Shown here: piece by piece, positions 62,151 to 64,000 of the stretch
How the letters are laid out: every line of letters begins with the position of its first letter
Position numbering within the stretch: position 1 is the stretch's first letter
NCBI GenBank assembly: GCA_002269645.1
Contig: NIVC01003949.1
Coordinates: 1 to 64,000 of the forward strand
DNA length: 64,000 nucleotides
Direction of reading: 5' to 3'
Origin: Macrostomum lignano
Taxonomy: Eukaryota
Notes under the pieces: model-generated
Databases searched by the model: none
What the model was told of the DNA's origin: nothing
What the model saw: the letters and a program-made list of their open reading frames with translations, nothing else
Position numbers and translations under genes: made by a program

Positions 62151-63814
62151 AATTTCGAGTCTCCAGACCTCACGGTATGCTTTGGTACAACTGATCCGAA
62201 AGAGCTCACACGCTGCCAGACAGAGCGGCAGCTGTTACAAATTGTATCACTGAGGTTTAACCTTGACTTTCCAGATCTGGGAGGCCCAGCAACTGAGGAT
62301 TTGGGAGGCTGGCCCAGAAACTGAGGATCTGGGAGGCTGGCCCAGCAACTGAGGATCAGGGAGGCTGGCGCAGCAGCTGAGAATCTGGGAAGCTGGCCCA
62401 GCAACTGAGGATTTGGGAGGCTGGCGCAGCAGCTGAGAATCTGGGAAGTTGGCCCAGCAACTGACACTCTGAGAGGCTGGCCCAGCAACTGAGGATCAGG
62501 GAGGCTGGCGCAGCAGCTGAGAATCTGGGAAGCTGGCCCAGCAACTGAGGATTTGGGAGGCTGGCGCAGCAGCTGAGAATCTGGGAAGTTGGCCCAGCAA
62601 CTGACACTCTGAGAGGCTGGCCCAGCAACTGAGGATCAGGGAGGCTGGCGCAGCAGCTGAGAATCTGGGAAGCTGGCCCAGCAACTGAGGATTTGGGAGG
62701 CTGGCGCAGCAGCTGAGAATCTGGGAAGTTGGCCCAGCAACTGACACTCTGGAGGCTGGCCCAGCAACTGAGGATCTGGGAGGCTGGCCCTGCACCTGAG
62801 GATCTGGGAGGCTGGCCGGCAACTGAGAATCTGGGAGGCTGGCCCGGAAACTGAGAATCTGCGAGGCTGGCCCAGCAACTGGGAATCTGCGAGGCTGGCC
62901 CAGCAACTGACGATCTGGTAGGCTGGCCCAGCAACTGAGGATTTGGAGGCTGGCCCAGCAACTGAGGATCTGGGAGGCTGGCCCAGCAACTGAGGATCTG
63001 GGAAGCTGGCCCAGCAGCTGAGAATCTGGGAGGCTGGCCCAACAACTGAGGATCTGGGAGGCTGGCCCAGCAACTGAGGATCTGGGAGGCTGGCCCAACA
63101 ACTGAGGATCTGGGAGGCTGGCCCAGAAACTGAGGATCTGGGATTGAATCAATCGAACTCCAGCCCACTCACCTGGTCAGCTTGAACAGCCGCATGATGC
63201 GGATGATGCTGAAGAACTCGAGCACCTCATAGCTGGCCTCATCAGCATTCAGAGCGCTGTTCAAGGCCAAGTCCATATAGAAGGACAGCGTGGCAATAAA
63301 ATCGATGATGTTCACTGGCGATTTTAGGAACTCCAGCTTACTTGGAGTCACGGCAAATCTGGTGACGATCTCGAAGGTGAACCACGAGTTGCAGACGCAC
63401 TCGACGAAGAAGAACGCCTGATGGGGCTCGCTGCGGTGCTTGTAGAAGGCGAAGGACTGATTGCCCAGCAGGTCCAGCACCACCGTCTCATTCGAGATGA
63501 TCGGCACTCGCAAGCCGGGAAAAGTCTTCAAACAGAAGGACAGGATGCTGATCACGATGAAGAACACTGAGACTACAGCGACAATTTTTGCCGCGGCCGA
63601 GGAGTAGGGCTCGTCGAACAGGGCCCAGAGCTTCGGTTTCAACCTCTGCCAGATGTTCAACTCGTTGTTAATGAATTTCTCTTCTAAGCCGAACTTTTTG
63701 TAGAGATCTCTTCTTCGCGAGCTTGTCGGTGTCCAGGTCGAGTCTGTCCAGAATAGTGAGCGTCTCCTGGGTCTCACGGTGGGAGGTGTACGTCATCCAG
63801 CAGCACGGCTCCAC
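53021..63814 (-). CDS. Shaw: Shaw/Kv3 voltage-gated K+ channel, 5'-partial; exons 63814-63173 (frame break ~63715), 60132-59894, 55711-55370, putative 55015-54988, putative 53291-53021
   Basis: T1 end [31 protein letters not shown]4 [12 protein letters not shown]|HISGLKIL, pore [15 protein letters not shown]6 [12 protein letters not shown]. The core junctions are canonical; the last two exons are inferred from phase. Confidence 0.9.
56392..58464 (+). mobile_element. hAT-type non-autonomous element containing a ~1.85-kb 21-bp minisatellite, in a Shaw intron
   Basis: TIR CAGG(G/C)GCGTCGCCA (13/14). 8-bp TSD ATTGTAGT/TTTGTAGT (7/8). G-run and C-run inside the ends. Confidence 0.85.
56511..58365. 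repeat. 21-bp minisatellite (~88 copies) inside the hAT element
   Basis: Unit TTTAGCGCCGCAGGCACTCAT, with a 399-bp (19-unit) block duplicated. Confidence 0.97.
59440..59820. repeat. 28-bp minisatellite family B, locus 2 (inverted relative to locus 1)
   Basis: CTGAGGATCTGGGAGGCTGGCCCAGCAA units. Confidence 0.95.
60255..61435. repeat. 22-bp minisatellite, CTAACAGGT-core family (~53 copies), Shaw intron
   Basis: Unit CTAACAGGTGACACAATCCTAT. Confidence 0.95.
62095..62148. repeat. (CT)n microsatellite
   Basis: Pure CT dinucleotide run. Confidence 0.95.
62275..63142. repeat. 28-bp minisatellite family B, locus 3, with a 140-bp higher-order repeat
   Basis: The GAGGATCAGG variant recurs at 62351, 62491 and 62631. 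Confidence 0.95.
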
Positions 63815-63834
63815 CTGCGGACAGCGTTGAAGGA

Positions 63835-64000
63835 GCAGGTGGATTAACAGACAGGTGGTGAAGAACCAGGTAGATCAACAGACATATGAAGGACAAGAAC
63901 CAGGTGGAAGCATTAATAGACAGGTGAAGGTCAAGAACCAGGTGGATCAACAGACAGATGAAGGTCAAGAACCAGGTGGATCAACAGACAGATGAAGGTC
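63835..64000. repeat. 34-bp minisatellite, runs off the window
   Basis: Unit GAAGGTCAAGAACCAGGTGGATCAACAGACAGAT. Confidence 0.9.

Overview
AT-rich eukaryotic (metazoan) genomic DNA with spliceosomal introns. The minisatellite-filled introns and Ala/Gln/Gly-rich exons resemble a Macrostomum-type flatworm, but the organism is an inference. Five host genes can be built: Nek4 kinase (-), an AFAP1-family two-PH adaptor (+), a CUB-LDLa-TM receptor (+), a single-exon MS4A/CD20-like tetraspan (+) and the 3' part of a Shaw/Kv3 potassium channel (-). A ~22.6 kb block between the divergent Nek4 and AFAP1 genes is a nest of transposable elements: two mariners, Penelope with a hammerhead-like motif, CMC-EnSpm, Merlin, an RTE LINE, SINEs and several MITEs with clean TSDs. 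Nearly every longer intron is filled with a tandem array from a few dispersed families. The most notable observations are: (1) a hAT-type element carrying an expandable 21-bp minisatellite cassette (about 4, 11 and 88 units at three loci); (2) a dense cluster of TAGGCCTA motifs, with one case that looks like an insertion at a TA site; (3) a 44-bp element with perfect TIRs and an 8-bp TSD; (4) CpG-decay signatures across the TEs; (5) frame breaks in two conserved genes, most likely assembly indels. No rRNA, tRNA or CRISPR features are supported.
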